From assembly GCA_034520885.1 (NCBI GenBank), contig JAXHNE010000009.1, positions 2,431 through 66,430 on the forward strand: a stretch of DNA of 64,000 nucleotides, given 5' to 3'. This document shows positions 43,700 to 53,827 of this stretch, one piece after another. Origin of the DNA: Candidatus Saccharimonadota bacterium (GTDB taxonomy: Bacteria > Patescibacteriota > Saccharimonadia > Saccharimonadales > JAXHNE01). The stretch's first letter is position 1. Each line of letters begins with the position of its first letter. The translations under genes were made by a program, and so were the position numbers. Under the pieces are notes generated by a model that worked only from the letters and a program-made list of their open reading frames with translations, was not told where the DNA came from and did not search any database.

Positions 43700-44555
43700 C
43701 GGGTTTTGGTGCTTCGTGCATCACGCGCTGAGGGAATGGAATCTCGATACCGTTTTTATCGAAAGCTTTCTTGAGTCGTTTGCGTAGTTCGCCGGTGACC
43801 GCCCACTGTTGCATCGGCTTGGTCTTGCCGGTGATCTTGACGTCAATGGAGCTATCGCCGAAGTTATCCACGCGGAGCATGGCCGGGACCTCCATGATTT
43901 TTTGATCCCACGGCTCTTCCTTGGCCATTTTGGATCCGACCTCGTTGATTATGCGCTCCAGTTTGTCCAGATCGGTATCGTATCCCACGCCGACATTCAG
44001 GTTCACGTTAGCGAACTCCATGGTCATGTTGGTGGCCAGGGTGATTTCCCCGTTGGGGATATGGTGTTGCATGCCGTCAAGATCGCGCAAGACGGTCGTG
44101 CGCAGCGTTAACTCTTCGACGATGCCGGCCACGCCCTGGTTGATTTGTACCACGTCGCCCACGCGGTATTGGTTTTCCAAAATAATAAATATCCCCGAAA
44201 GAAAGTTGGCCACCATGGATTGCGCACCGAAACCAAGCGCCACACCGGCAATACCGGCACCGGCCAGAAGTGGTCCGATTTCCACGTTAAATTCGGATAA
44301 CAACAGTAGTCCGGCGACGACCCAAATTGCGACCCGCAAAGCGGTTCCCAAGATACCAATGAGCGTATCTTCCCGAAGTTTTTCATCGGTTATGGTTTTG
44401 TAATTTCCACGCTGGATCGCGTTACGAATGAGGCGGGTAACAAAAACCATTACGAACTTTCGCGCCACGTAAGCCGCGGCCAGAATGATAAGAATATTTA
44501 ATCCGTGATCTTTGCCGAATTCGATTAACGGATCCCAAAAAGTCGTTTCTTCCAT
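43686..44555 (-). CDS. small-conductance mechanosensitive channel (MscS family)
   Basis: I trimmed the track ORF to ATG 44555 (MEETTFWDPLIEF..). TM3/beta-domain signature ..LAGAGIAGVALGFGAQSMVANFLSGIFIILENQYRVGDVV... Confidence 0.85.
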   Translation of the reverse strand: MEETTFWDPLIEFGKDHGLNILIILAAAYVARKFVMVFVTRLIRNAIQRGNYKTITDEKLREDTLIGILGTALRVAIWVVAGLLLLSEFNVEIGPLLAGAGIAGVALGFGAQSMVANFLSGIFIILENQYRVGDVVQINQGVAGIVEELTLRTTVLRDLDGMQHHIPNGEITLATNMTMEFANVNLNVGVGYDTDLDKLERIINEVGSKMAKEEPWDQKIMEVPAMLRVDNFGDSSIDVKITGKTKPMQQWAVTGELRKRLKKAFDKNGIEIPFPQRVMHEAPKPAKKK

Positions 44556-44601
44556 ACGTAAAAGTGTACCATTTTCCGTGGCTACTGCTACACTTTTTAA
44601 G

Positions 44602-45186
44602 ATGATATATAAAAAATTGACCGACGTCATTGAGCTTTGCCGGGAGGGTAGTGTCGGCGTGATTCCAGCGGACACCATATACGGGTTAGTTGCTTCCGCC
44701 CACGACGCTGAAGCGGTCAAGCGCATCTATGAGCTAAAAAAACGAGACGGAAAACCCGGAACCATCATTGCCTCGTCAATCAGCCAACTCGAAGAGCTGG
44801 GGCTTAAAAAGCGTTATTTACGAGCCGTGGAACACTATTGGCCGGGACCAATCAGCGTAGTGATTCCGTGTTTTAAACTTAGGTACTTACACCACGGCGT
44901 GGGAAGTATTGCGGTGAGGATCCCCGCCGACGAAAATTTACGAACGTTTTTGGAAAAAACCGGGCCGCTGCAAACTTCCAGCGCCAACCTCACCGGCCGG
45001 CCGGGCGCGACCGATCTTGCCACGGCACAAAAATACTTTGGCGACCGAGTGGATTTTTACGTGGACGGCGGTGACTTAAGCGACCGCGAGCCGTCAACCG
45101 TGATTCGCGTAGTAGACGATACCGTGGAAGTAATCCGCCAAGGAGCTGTTAAAATAGATGAAAATACCGGGAGGGTAATTACATGA
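44602..45186 (+). CDS. tsaC: L-threonylcarbamoyladenylate synthase (YrdC/TsaC family)
   Basis: I trimmed the track ORF to ATG 44602 (MIYKKLTDVIE..). ..GVIPADTIYGLVA.. and ..SSANLTGRP.. motifs. Confidence 0.8.
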   Translation: MIYKKLTDVIELCREGSVGVIPADTIYGLVASAHDAEAVKRIYELKKRDGKPGTIIASSISQLEELGLKKRYLRAVEHYWPGPISVVIPCFKLRYLHHGVGSIAVRIPADENLRTFLEKTGPLQTSSANLTGRPGATDLATAQKYFGDRVDFYVDGGDLSDREPSTVIRVVDDTVEVIRQGAVKIDENTGRVIT

Positions 45187-45515
45187 CACTCGATGAATAT
45201 CAAAGAGAAGCGCTCGTAACTGCCGCTTTTACGGAAGATAACTTTAAGGATCTTGCGCATTGGGTGCTTGGCGTTACCGGTGAAGCCGGGGAAATCGCGG
45301 AAAAACTAAAAAAGATCGTTCGCGACAAGAATGGGGAAATCACTCTTGAAGATCGGGATGAAATAATAAAAGAAATCGGTGATGTGATGTGGTATTTGGC
45401 GGTACTGGCCGAGCATCTTGACGTGTCTTTTGAGGAGGCCGGAAGACGAAACATTTCAAAGCTGCGAGATCGGCAAAAACGCAATATGATCCGGGGCAGC
45501 GGAGATAATCGGTAA
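45183..45515 (+). CDS. MazG-like nucleotide pyrophosphohydrolase
   Basis: 110 aa. ..LGVTGEAGEIAEKLKK.. and ..EIGDVMWYLAVLAEHL.. (EExxE/D motifs). Confidence 0.8.
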   Translation: MTLDEYQREALVTAAFTEDNFKDLAHWVLGVTGEAGEIAEKLKKIVRDKNGEITLEDRDEIIKEIGDVMWYLAVLAEHLDVSFEEAGRRNISKLRDRQKRNMIRGSGDNR

Positions 45516-45952
45516 TGTTCGATACCGCTAAACCTTATATCGCGTGTTATTTAATCTTACGGGACGGCGACAAAATCGCTTTCGTATTGAGGGGCGAGGC
45601 AACGAAGTGGATGGCCGGCTATTATGGGTTGCCTTCCGGTAAAGTCGAAAAGAATGAAAGTTTTTCCCAGGGGGTAATCCGCGAAGGCCTGGAAGAAGTT
45701 GGCGTGAGTGTTTTACCGGAAAATATACATCACACGCACACCATGCATCGGCATGATGAGGTGGACTGGGTGGACGTATACTTTGAGGCTCCCAAGTGGA
45801 AGGGTGAAATAACCAATGCAGAACCGCACGTGCACGAAGAAGTTGCCTGGCTAAACGTTAATGATCTGCCCGAAAACGTTGTTCCTCCGGTGCGTGCCGC
45901 TCTTGAAGCTATCGAAAAAGGCGAGAAGTACAGCGAGTACGGCTGGAATTAA
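45515..45952 (+). CDS. Nudix hydrolase
   Basis: 145 aa. Nudix box GLPSGKVEKNESFSQGVIREGLEEVGV. Confidence 0.85.
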   Translation: MFDTAKPYIACYLILRDGDKIAFVLRGEATKWMAGYYGLPSGKVEKNESFSQGVIREGLEEVGVSVLPENIHHTHTMHRHDEVDWVDVYFEAPKWKGEITNAEPHVHEEVAWLNVNDLPENVVPPVRAALEAIEKGEKYSEYGWN

Positions 45953-47245
45953 CTAGTTGCTGTTTCCTGATTCCTGGTTACCGTGAACAAAGTTCACTCT
46001 TAGCCATTCGTCCAGACTGCCGCCGCCTCCGGCGGTGAGGCACAGGACGAGATTTCCGGTATCAACTTCCGATTTTATGTTTTCTTTTAACGTGTCGTTT
46101 AATTCGCTCGGAATGCGTTTATCGGGCTTTTCAATAGTTTCCGAGAGTTTTTGGGGCGTGAGCAGTTCCAGGCTTTCGTCCTCACGAGCCAGGCAACTGG
46201 GAACGATGTAGAGTTTTTTGGTGCCGTCGAATAAATCTTTTAGTTGCTTCTTAATAAAGTGTTGGCGGGTGTTGTGCAGGCCTTCGTAAACTACGACCAC
46301 GTCGTCTCCGGCGACTTCACGGGCCATTTGCAGCGCGCCCCTGATCTTTTCCGGCGTGTGGGCGTAATCGCTGTAAACGCCTTCCGTGATCTTTTCAAAG
46401 CGGCGCGACAAGCCGGGGAAGCCATTCACGATTTTTACGAGCTCGGTAAGGGGTGTACCGGTAAGCTTATGCACGGCGGTAATGACAAGTTGCGCGTTTT
46501 CGCGGTTGACTTCGCCGGGCATAGTTAGCTGCTTGGTAACGTCTTGATACGGGTCGGCCGACAGTTCAAGTTTTTCCAGATCTTTTTGGTGGGCAAGCAC
46601 ATGCTCGGATTGAAAAATAAAGTCACGAAACGCTTGGTCGTACTCCTCTTCGGTCGGGTAGATATCCGGGTGGTCATAGGCGATCCCGGGAATAATCGAC
46701 ACGTATGGTTTGAACCGCAAGAAGTTGCGGTCGTATTCGTCGGCTTCGTACACGAAGTATTCGCTCTTGGGGTCGAATTCGCCCATTTCCCCGAAGCTGA
46801 TTTTGGCGCCCACGGAGTAACTGACCGGAATCCCCAGTTGTTTGAGCAGCCATACCATCATGGCCGTAGTGGTGGTTTTGCCGTGCGTACCGGAAATTGC
46901 GATTAATTTTAAATTTCTTTCGGCGAGTAGGTGGTTTATCAACTCATCACGTTTACTCACTTTAATGTCGTGATCCCGGCAAAATTTCAGTTCCGGCGCA
47001 TTGGGATTTTCGATAGAAAGGGCGGAGGTGTGGACGAACCATTCAATCGGGTTTTTTTCGTGCATCGCTTGGATTTGATCGTACTCTTGCCCGATATGTA
47101 AGTCGCCGATATTTTTGGATCGTAAGTATCGATAGTATTCGGATTCTTGTTTGTCGGATCCCGACACCGTGTAGCCGGCTTGATGGGCGAGTAAGGCCAG
47201 CGGACCGATTCCGGTGCCGCCAATCCCTGAAAAATAGACGTGCAT
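45953..47245 (-). CDS. Mur ligase family protein (MurC-like UDP-N-acetylmuramate--L-alanine ligase)
   Basis: MHVYFSGIGGTGIGPLALLAHQAGYTVSGSD, ATP site ISGTHGKTTTTAMM, and ..DYAHTPEKI... Start taken at 47245; the track start is 47260. Confidence 0.65.
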   Translation of the reverse strand: MHVYFSGIGGTGIGPLALLAHQAGYTVSGSDKQESEYYRYLRSKNIGDLHIGQEYDQIQAMHEKNPIEWFVHTSALSIENPNAPELKFCRDHDIKVSKRDELINHLLAERNLKLIAISGTHGKTTTTAMMVWLLKQLGIPVSYSVGAKISFGEMGEFDPKSEYFVYEADEYDRNFLRFKPYVSIIPGIAYDHPDIYPTEEEYDQAFRDFIFQSEHVLAHQKDLEKLELSADPYQDVTKQLTMPGEVNRENAQLVITAVHKLTGTPLTELVKIVNGFPGLSRRFEKITEGVYSDYAHTPEKIRGALQMAREVAGDDVVVVYEGLHNTRQHFIKKQLKDLFDGTKKLYIVPSCLAREDESLELLTPQKLSETIEKPDKRIPSELNDTLKENIKSEVDTGNLVLCLTAGGGGSLDEWLRVNFVHGNQESGNSN

Positions 47246-47288
47246 ACGGTTATGATACACTGTTTAAGAAGTAAAAAAGAACAAAAAC

Positions 47289-48509
47289 ATGCTGAAAAAA
47301 CTAATCCATAAAGTCTTGCGCCACCGGCACTTCTGGCGTGACGCGACTTTTGACGAGTTAAGTGAAGTCTATATCGCCATGGCGTTTCGTAGTTTTGCGC
47401 TGGGAATGATCGGTATTTTCGTGCCGGTGTACATTTTGACGCTGGGATATGGAATCTCCACCGTAGCGCTGTTTTATGCCGTGTATTTTTTATGCCGGAT
47501 TTTCTTGGATTTTGCCGCGGCGTACGTTATCGCCCGGTTCGGCCCCAAGCACACGCTTTTTATCGGGTACGTGGTACAAATTTTGGCCGCGGGATCGTTT
47601 TCCTTGGTCGGAGCGATCGGCTTTCCGCTGTATCTTTCCGCACTCATATGGGGAGCCGCCTCCAGTTTGACGTTCACCTCTTTGCACGTGGATTTTTCCA
47701 AAATAAAACACAGTGACCACGGCGGAAAAGAAGTCGGGTACTTAAATATTTTACAGCGGGTCGGCGGGATGATCGGGCCGCTTATCGGCGGTGTCGTGGC
47801 CACGTTGTTTAATCCGGAGTTACTTTTCGCTACGGCCGTTTTGGTGTTACTGTTGGGTCTTCTACCCCTGTTCAAGACGGCGGAACCCGTTAAAACCCGC
47901 CAAAAACTGGCGTTTCGAGAACTGCGCGTGGATAAAATAAAACGCGATTTTTTGTCCGTTAGTTTTCTTTATGTGGAAAATAACTTGCGTGTCGTCCTGT
48001 GGCCGGCGTTTTTGACACTGTTCGTTTTCGCGGAAAACATATACGGCACCATCGGCATATTGGCTTCCCTCGGCTTTTTCACTTCTATCACCGCGGCGTA
48101 CTTTGCAGGCAAGTTGGTCGATTCGCAAAAAGGATGGTTACTGCTGAGGGTTACCTCAATCGCCAACGCGTTCGTTTACGGCTTGCGTCCTTTTGCTCAG
48201 AGCGTGGTAGGAGTTCTTGGCATAAACGTTATAAGCGATTCATTGACCGTTGCGTATCGAATTCCGTTCAAAAAAGGGTTTTACGACGCGGCCGACCAAC
48301 ATCCCGGTTTGCGAATCGTCTACATTACCAGCGTGGAAGCTTTTGGCTCGTTAATTAAGAGCGTTGTCTGGGTGCAGCTGTTTTTGCTCACCTATGTCTT
48401 GAGCACCTACCAGGTTATCGTTGCCGGGTTTATAATAGCCGGTGTATGTTCCATACTCATGAATACGCAGCGGTTTACCGCGCTAAAAAGGACTGACAAT
48501 GGCCGATAA
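47289..48509 (+). CDS. MFS transporter
   Basis: 406 aa with ~12 TM helices and an MFS-like loop (..ARFGPKHTLF..). Confidence 0.7.
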   Translation: MLKKLIHKVLRHRHFWRDATFDELSEVYIAMAFRSFALGMIGIFVPVYILTLGYGISTVALFYAVYFLCRIFLDFAAAYVIARFGPKHTLFIGYVVQILAAGSFSLVGAIGFPLYLSALIWGAASSLTFTSLHVDFSKIKHSDHGGKEVGYLNILQRVGGMIGPLIGGVVATLFNPELLFATAVLVLLLGLLPLFKTAEPVKTRQKLAFRELRVDKIKRDFLSVSFLYVENNLRVVLWPAFLTLFVFAENIYGTIGILASLGFFTSITAAYFAGKLVDSQKGWLLLRVTSIANAFVYGLRPFAQSVVGVLGINVISDSLTVAYRIPFKKGFYDAADQHPGLRIVYITSVEAFGSLIKSVVWVQLFLLTYVLSTYQVIVAGFIIAGVCSILMNTQRFTALKRTDNGR

Positions 48510-49104
48510 ACGAAAGCTACATCACTTTTATACCAAATTGCGTAAGTTAAATCCCAAAGTATTATTACTGCTATTTTTAGTGTGTGGAGTACTGTCCGCC
48601 GTTGGACTAAGAAGCAATAACGTGCGGATGCTGGAACTCCGCCAGGAAGTATTTGCCGCGGATAAAAAAGGGGAGGAAGTCGGCCGGGCACTGGATGAGC
48701 TTCGCCGTTACGTCCATGGACACATGAATACCGACTTAAATAGCGGAGGCCTCTCCATTAAGCCGCCCATCCAACTTAAACACACCTACGAGCGTTTGGT
48801 GAGCAAAGAACAGCAGCGAGTGAAAGAACATAACGATGAAGTTATTTCCACGGCGCAAACACGCTGTGAGCAGCGTTTCCCGGCGGGACAAATACGTGCA
48901 CGGGCCGCCTGCGTTGACGATTATATTGCCGAAAACACCGTTGAAGCCAAACCCGTGCCCAAGGAGTTATATCGGTTCGATTTTGCTTCGCCCACGTGGT
49001 CACCGGATTTTGCCGGCATCATGATTTTGGTGACGACACTACTGGGGGCTTTGTTGGCGATTCGCTTGTTACTCGGCGCATTTATTAAACATGAAATAAA
49101 ATAA
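48499..49104 (+). CDS. hypothetical bitopic membrane protein
   Basis: 201 aa with N- and C-terminal TM helices. No family recognised. Confidence 0.5.
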   Translation: MADKRKLHHFYTKLRKLNPKVLLLLFLVCGVLSAVGLRSNNVRMLELRQEVFAADKKGEEVGRALDELRRYVHGHMNTDLNSGGLSIKPPIQLKHTYERLVSKEQQRVKEHNDEVISTAQTRCEQRFPAGQIRARAACVDDYIAENTVEAKPVPKELYRFDFASPTWSPDFAGIMILVTTLLGALLAIRLLLGAFIKHEIK

Positions 49105-49154
49105 CTCCCTTTTACCATAGGGAGTTATTTATGTAAGCGCTTTCTCGTAAGGGC

Positions 49155-49862
49155 TTAGTTGGCGAGGTTGGTGCCGGATTGGCCGCTGCCCGCACCCGTA
49201 GCGGGGGCACTGTCACCATCTCCGCTTTCTTCACTGGCCGGCGCACTGCCGCCATTGCCACCGGTGTTATTGTTTTGTGATTGACATTCTTGCCCGTCGG
49301 GATAGTTGCTGTGGTAATTCTTAACCGCTCCCGGCACGGTATTTTCACCGGATTCGTCTTTCAGGTTTTCCCAGAAGATGACCTGGCTACGGTTTATGAG
49401 CATTTCGTTAGCCGGGCGGTGCAGCTCACACCCCAGTTTCACCAGTGATATGTCGTTTTGGCCGGTTTGTTGTTGTGGTTGGTTAGCGCCTTCTTGGTCG
49501 GGCTGTACGGTTTGATTGACCCGAAGATAGAAGATGTCGTTCATCCGTAAGTATTTATCGTTAAGGTCGGTAATATTCCCGAAGTACACCTGCCCGCCGT
49601 TCAAGAAAACGGCCTGTAGCTTATCCTTTTCGACGTAGCTTTTTTCACTTTTCGGTCCGAAAACGAACGAAGCGGCCAAAGCGACCAACAGAATGGTCAT
49701 AGAAAACAACAGGATGACCGTTGTAATGCGCATACCCTTGTCACTATCGCGCCCCAAGCGTTTTTCCTTTTTTTGTGGCGCGGGCGTACTCGCGTTGCCG
49801 TGTTGAGCGCCATTTTGATGTTGTGGTGCGGAAGGGGTGCTGCCCCTGTTCATAAATTCCAT
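49155..49862 (-). CDS. hypothetical membrane-anchored protein
   Basis: 235 aa. Gln/Gly-rich ends, one TM helix (ITTVILLFSMTILLVALAASFVF), and a conserved-looking core ..LQAVFLNGGQVYFGNITD... Confidence 0.5.
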   Translation of the reverse strand: MEFMNRGSTPSAPQHQNGAQHGNASTPAPQKKEKRLGRDSDKGMRITTVILLFSMTILLVALAASFVFGPKSEKSYVEKDKLQAVFLNGGQVYFGNITDLNDKYLRMNDIFYLRVNQTVQPDQEGANQPQQQTGQNDISLVKLGCELHRPANEMLINRSQVIFWENLKDESGENTVPGAVKNYHSNYPDGQECQSQNNNTGGNGGSAPASEESGDGDSAPATGAGSGQSGTNLAN

Positions 49863-50009
49863 ATATCATTTCCACCTTTGTTTACTGGTTTTGCTACAAG
49901 AGGTATTGTACTGCATAAGCGTAATGAATCGCAATAGTAAATTGTAATTTTTATTGCGGATTAACAGGGGTGATAAAAATTTACAGGGGTCAATCTGTGG
50001 GAAAATGAG

Positions 50010-50039
50010 TTGACAAGTGAAATGTCAGGGGCGTATGGT
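50010..50039 (+). promoter_or_regulatory. sigma70-like promoter candidate
   Basis: TTGACA (50010-15), an 18-nt spacer, then TATGGT (50034-39), about 35 nt upstream of the 50075 ATG. Confidence 0.4.
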
Positions 50040-50074
50040 AGAGTCACTACTAAGTAAGAGAGGGAAATGTAACA

Positions 50075-50269
50075 ATGGCTTACAAGCACACAAATTCCAA
50101 AGGTGTAACCTACTACCTAAACAGTAAAGACGTCACGCTTCGTGGTGGCAAGCAACAGACTATTTACTACTTCAGCAAGGATCAGCGCCCAGAAGCTGCT
50201 GACTTGCCTGATGGCTACACGGTAAACGAAAACCCACGCAACGGTTTCCTTACTGTAAAGCGCAAATAG
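50075..50269 (+). CDS. small basic hypothetical protein
   Basis: 64 aa (MAYKHTNSKGVTYYLNSKDVTLRGGKQQTIYYFSKD..). It has its own promoter candidate and is followed by a strong terminator. Confidence 0.55.
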   Translation: MAYKHTNSKGVTYYLNSKDVTLRGGKQQTIYYFSKDQRPEAADLPDGYTVNENPRNGFLTVKRK

Positions 50270-50288
50270 TTCTTTTACGGATCTTGAG

Positions 50289-50325
50289 AAAAATCGATCG
50301 GTACTATCCGATCGATTTTTTATTT
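50289..50325 (+). terminator. intrinsic terminator
   Basis: AAAATCGATCGG-tactat-CCGATCGATTTT followed by a T-tract. Confidence 0.8.
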
Positions 50326-50361
50326 ACGCCCCGCTAAAAGCTACGTATACTTATAACTCGA

Positions 50362-51123
50362 ATGAAGAAAAAAATAATCATTAAAGTCGATAAGCTCCGC
50401 AAGGAGTACGACAAGAAGCCGGTCGTTAAGGATATCTCTTTCGAAGTGAAAGAAGGGGAAATCTTCGGCATTTTGGGCCCGAACGGCGCCGGAAAAACGA
50501 CTACGCTGGAAATGCTCGAGGCGCAACGTGAAATTGACGGCGGAACCGCGTTACTGGACGGTATTGATGTCGCGAAAGACCCCGAAAAGATTAAGTCGCT
50601 GATTGGCGTGCAACCGCAAACTCCGGCTTTCGAGGAAAAAACCAAACTTACCGAGCTAATTCAGTTTTTCGCGGCGACGTACGGTGAAAAAGTCGACCCC
50701 CACGAATTTTTAAAAGACGTACAGCTGGACGAAAAAGCCGGCAGCTACCCGGAGCAACTTTCCGGTGGGCAGCGCCAACGGTTCAGTATTGCCGTATCTT
50801 TGGTGCACGGACCGCGGGTATTTTTTTTGGACGAGCCAACGACGGGACTCGACCCCCAAGCCAGAAGAAATCTCTGGGATTTGGTGCGTGAAGTGCGCGA
50901 TCGGGGCGTCACGGTCGTGATGACCACGCATTATATGGACGAAGCGGAACTGTTGTGTGACCGGGTCGCCGTCATGGACGAGGGCGAAATTATCGCGCTG
51001 GATACCCCGAAAAAGCTTATCAAAGACCTGTTAGCCCGTGGCTTTAAGAAACAACAACACGTGGAACAAGCCAACCTGGAAGACGTCTTCATTGATTTGA
51101 CCGGTAAGGAGTTACGGGAATAG
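50362..51123 (+). CDS. ABC transporter ATP-binding protein
   Basis: 253 aa. Walker A GPNGAGKTT, signature LSGGQRQR, Walker B FFLDEPTTGLD. Confidence 0.9.
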   Translation: MKKKIIIKVDKLRKEYDKKPVVKDISFEVKEGEIFGILGPNGAGKTTTLEMLEAQREIDGGTALLDGIDVAKDPEKIKSLIGVQPQTPAFEEKTKLTELIQFFAATYGEKVDPHEFLKDVQLDEKAGSYPEQLSGGQRQRFSIAVSLVHGPRVFFLDEPTTGLDPQARRNLWDLVREVRDRGVTVVMTTHYMDEAELLCDRVAVMDEGEIIALDTPKKLIKDLLARGFKKQQHVEQANLEDVFIDLTGKELRE

Positions 51124-51125
51124 CC

Positions 51126-52238
51126 ATGGAAAAGTTCAAAAAGACCATTCTACCCATTACCACCTTCGTGCCCATTGACGTAAAACGATTGTTTCGGGAT
51201 AAAGTCGGTATTTTCTTCGTGTTTATCTTCCCGTTGGTATTTTTGCTGATTTTCGGTAACATTTTCGGTGGCGGTGGAGACGTGTCGTTTTCCGTGGGGC
51301 TCATCAACCACTCGAACAGTGAAATAGCCAAAAACTTCGTGGAGCAATCCAAAGAAGGCGAACTACTGGAGGTCGACAAAGAAGTGACCGACATTACTAT
51401 CGCCCGGGAGAAGATGAGTCGTAGCGAAATCGAGGCCACGATTATTTTGCCGGAGGACTTCGGAGCGCAAAACGGCGAAGCTCCCAGCGGCCAAGCGACC
51501 GTTTTATACAACCAAAATAACGAGAACGCCGCGCAAACTTTGGGATCGATTCTGGAGGGGCAGTTCGAGCAACTCAATGCCCGGTTCGTAAATACCGAAA
51601 AACCCTTTACGGTGGCGGCGGAATCCACGGCTACCGAAGGCTTGACCCGCTTTGATTACACCTTTTCCGGACTACTCGGCTTTACGATTTTGTCCCTGGG
51701 GATTTTCGGGCCGACCAACATTTTCCCCAAACTCAAACAACGCGGTGTCTTGCGGCGCTATAAAACCACGACCATTCGGGTGTGGCAATATTTCGTGGGT
51801 AACGTCATTTCGCAGGCTATTATCGGTTTGCTGGCCGTTGGATTAATGTTTATCGTGGCTCTCATACTGTTTGATCTGGAAATGCGGGGTGATTATTTGA
51901 GCTTGGCGCTTATGACAACCCTCGGTGTTATTACGTTGTTCGGTATCGGTTTGGCGGTCGGCGGTTGGGCCAAAAATGAAAACCAGGCCGCACCGTTAGC
52001 GCAGCTAGTGACGTTTCCGATGTTGTTTTTGTCCGGAGTATTTTTCCCGACATTCTTAATGCCCGAACTTCTGCAAAAAATCACGCAATTCATTCCGCTG
52101 ACCCCTATAGTCGAGGCCATTCGGCTCATTGTGACCGAAGGCTACACCATCTTCGAACTCGGCCCGCAACTGGCAATTATCGGCAGCTGGATAGTAATTA
52201 TTTACGTAATCGCCTTCAAAGTCTTCCGCTGGGAATAA
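51126..52238 (+). CDS. ABC-2 type exporter permease
   Basis: 370 aa. One N-terminal TM helix, a large extracytoplasmic loop, and 5 C-terminal TM helices. Follows the ATPase gene. Confidence 0.75.
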   Translation: MEKFKKTILPITTFVPIDVKRLFRDKVGIFFVFIFPLVFLLIFGNIFGGGGDVSFSVGLINHSNSEIAKNFVEQSKEGELLEVDKEVTDITIAREKMSRSEIEATIILPEDFGAQNGEAPSGQATVLYNQNNENAAQTLGSILEGQFEQLNARFVNTEKPFTVAAESTATEGLTRFDYTFSGLLGFTILSLGIFGPTNIFPKLKQRGVLRRYKTTTIRVWQYFVGNVISQAIIGLLAVGLMFIVALILFDLEMRGDYLSLALMTTLGVITLFGIGLAVGGWAKNENQAAPLAQLVTFPMLFLSGVFFPTFLMPELLQKITQFIPLTPIVEAIRLIVTEGYTIFELGPQLAIIGSWIVIIYVIAFKVFRWE

Positions 52239-52246
52239 AACCGTAA

Positions 52247-53827
52247 TTACGGGTTAATTTGATCTTTGGTGAGTGGGCCGGCAGAGCTGTCACCAACGAG
52301 CCGTTTATACAGTAGCTCCGCGCTAATTAAGGTTATTGGCATGCCAATTCCCGGGTTAGTTCCAGCACCAACGTAGTAGAGGTTTTTTACTTTTTTACTA
52401 ATGTTGTTCGGCCGAAAAATTGCCGTTTGTTTTAAGGTGTGCGCCAAACCCAGGGCAGTACCTTCTTGGGCGTTATAACGAGCGGTAAAATCCTTAACGC
52501 TAAATAGTCGCTGAAAAACAATTTTGTCACGAAGGTGCGGCAGGTTCATTTCGGATTCCATGGTTCGTAGGGTTTTGTCGGCGTATTTTTCAAGCTCTTT
52601 TTGTGAATAGCTCAGACCCGGCGCAACCGGGACGAGTACAAAAAGATTTTCATGATCTTTTGGGGCGACGCTCGGGTCGGTTTTGCTAGGATTGCACACG
52701 TATAAACTGGGGTCGCTTGGCCACTGGGGTTTATCGAAAATTTCGGTAAAATTTTGTTTCCAATCTTGGCTAAATAAAAGATTATGATGCTTGAGTGAAG
52801 GGAGCTTGCCTTTCACGCCTAGGTACATAATTAATGCGCTCGGTGCCAGCGTACGTTTTTGCCAGTATTTTTTTGACTTTGTACGGTACTTTGGTTCAAG
52901 CAGTTTTTGTTCGGTGAACTTGGTATCAGCATTACTAATCACGATATCCGCGGAAAATACCGCTCCGTCTTGCAGCCGCACCCCTTTTGCGCTCCCTTTT
53001 TTTACTATGATTTTTTTAACGGGAGCATTCAACAGGAACTTTGTTCCATTTTTTTGTGCGATAGACCGCAGCTTCTCCACGATAGTGTAGATACCACCCT
53101 GGGGGTAGTAAACACCCATATTGAAGTCAATGTGGCTCATAATGTTGTAGATTGCTGGCGTGTTATAAGGGCTTGATCCAAGAAAAACCAGCGGATACTG
53201 CATGATTTTTCGCATTTCGTCAGTCTTAAAATATTTACTGACATACTTGTCCATCGTCCTAAGCACGCTAAGCTTACGGCCTTCGACGGCCATTTCACGC
53301 GTAAAGAAGTCTTTTATAGAATCGTAGTTTTTGTACATGAACCGATCTTTGGCGACTTCATACTGGTACTTGGATTGGTCAAGATAACGTTTCAGGGCTT
53401 CGCCGGCGCCCGCCTCTAGGGCTTCTACCGTAGGAAGATCCTTTTGCAAGTCAGAATAAATGTCAACTTGTTTGTTTTCGTCTTTGTAAAAGATACGGTA
53501 GCTCGGGCTAAGTTTTCGAAGGTCCAGTAGTTCGTTAACGTCTTCACCAAGAAGATTAAAAAAGTGCTCGAATACATCGGGCATAAGATACCAGCTTGGC
53601 CCCATATCAAATCGAAACTGGGGCGTGTTTTTTCGTGGCTTAGAGCCCGTAACTTTCCAGGTACCATATCGATTTTTTGTGACATGGAATAAGCTGGCGC
53701 GACCACCGACCATCTCGTTTTTTTCTACCACGGTTACGTTATAGCCGGCTTTCGAAAGCAGGCAAGCGGCCCCTAATCCACCAAAGCCCGCCCCTACGAT
53801 AAGAGCGGTCGGTTTATTCGTGCTCAT
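52247..53827 (-). CDS. phytoene desaturase-family FAD oxidoreductase (CrtI/CrtD-like)
   Basis: 526 aa. ALIVGAGFGGLGAACLLSKAGYNVTVVEKNEMVGGRAS (FAD motif), ..FDMGPSWYLMPDVFEHFF.., and C-terminal ..YYVGAGTNPGIGMPITLISAE... Confidence 0.8.
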   Translation of the reverse strand: MSTNKPTALIVGAGFGGLGAACLLSKAGYNVTVVEKNEMVGGRASLFHVTKNRYGTWKVTGSKPRKNTPQFRFDMGPSWYLMPDVFEHFFNLLGEDVNELLDLRKLSPSYRIFYKDENKQVDIYSDLQKDLPTVEALEAGAGEALKRYLDQSKYQYEVAKDRFMYKNYDSIKDFFTREMAVEGRKLSVLRTMDKYVSKYFKTDEMRKIMQYPLVFLGSSPYNTPAIYNIMSHIDFNMGVYYPQGGIYTIVEKLRSIAQKNGTKFLLNAPVKKIIVKKGSAKGVRLQDGAVFSADIVISNADTKFTEQKLLEPKYRTKSKKYWQKRTLAPSALIMYLGVKGKLPSLKHHNLLFSQDWKQNFTEIFDKPQWPSDPSLYVCNPSKTDPSVAPKDHENLFVLVPVAPGLSYSQKELEKYADKTLRTMESEMNLPHLRDKIVFQRLFSVKDFTARYNAQEGTALGLAHTLKQTAIFRPNNISKKVKNLYYVGAGTNPGIGMPITLISAELLYKRLVGDSSAGPLTKDQINP

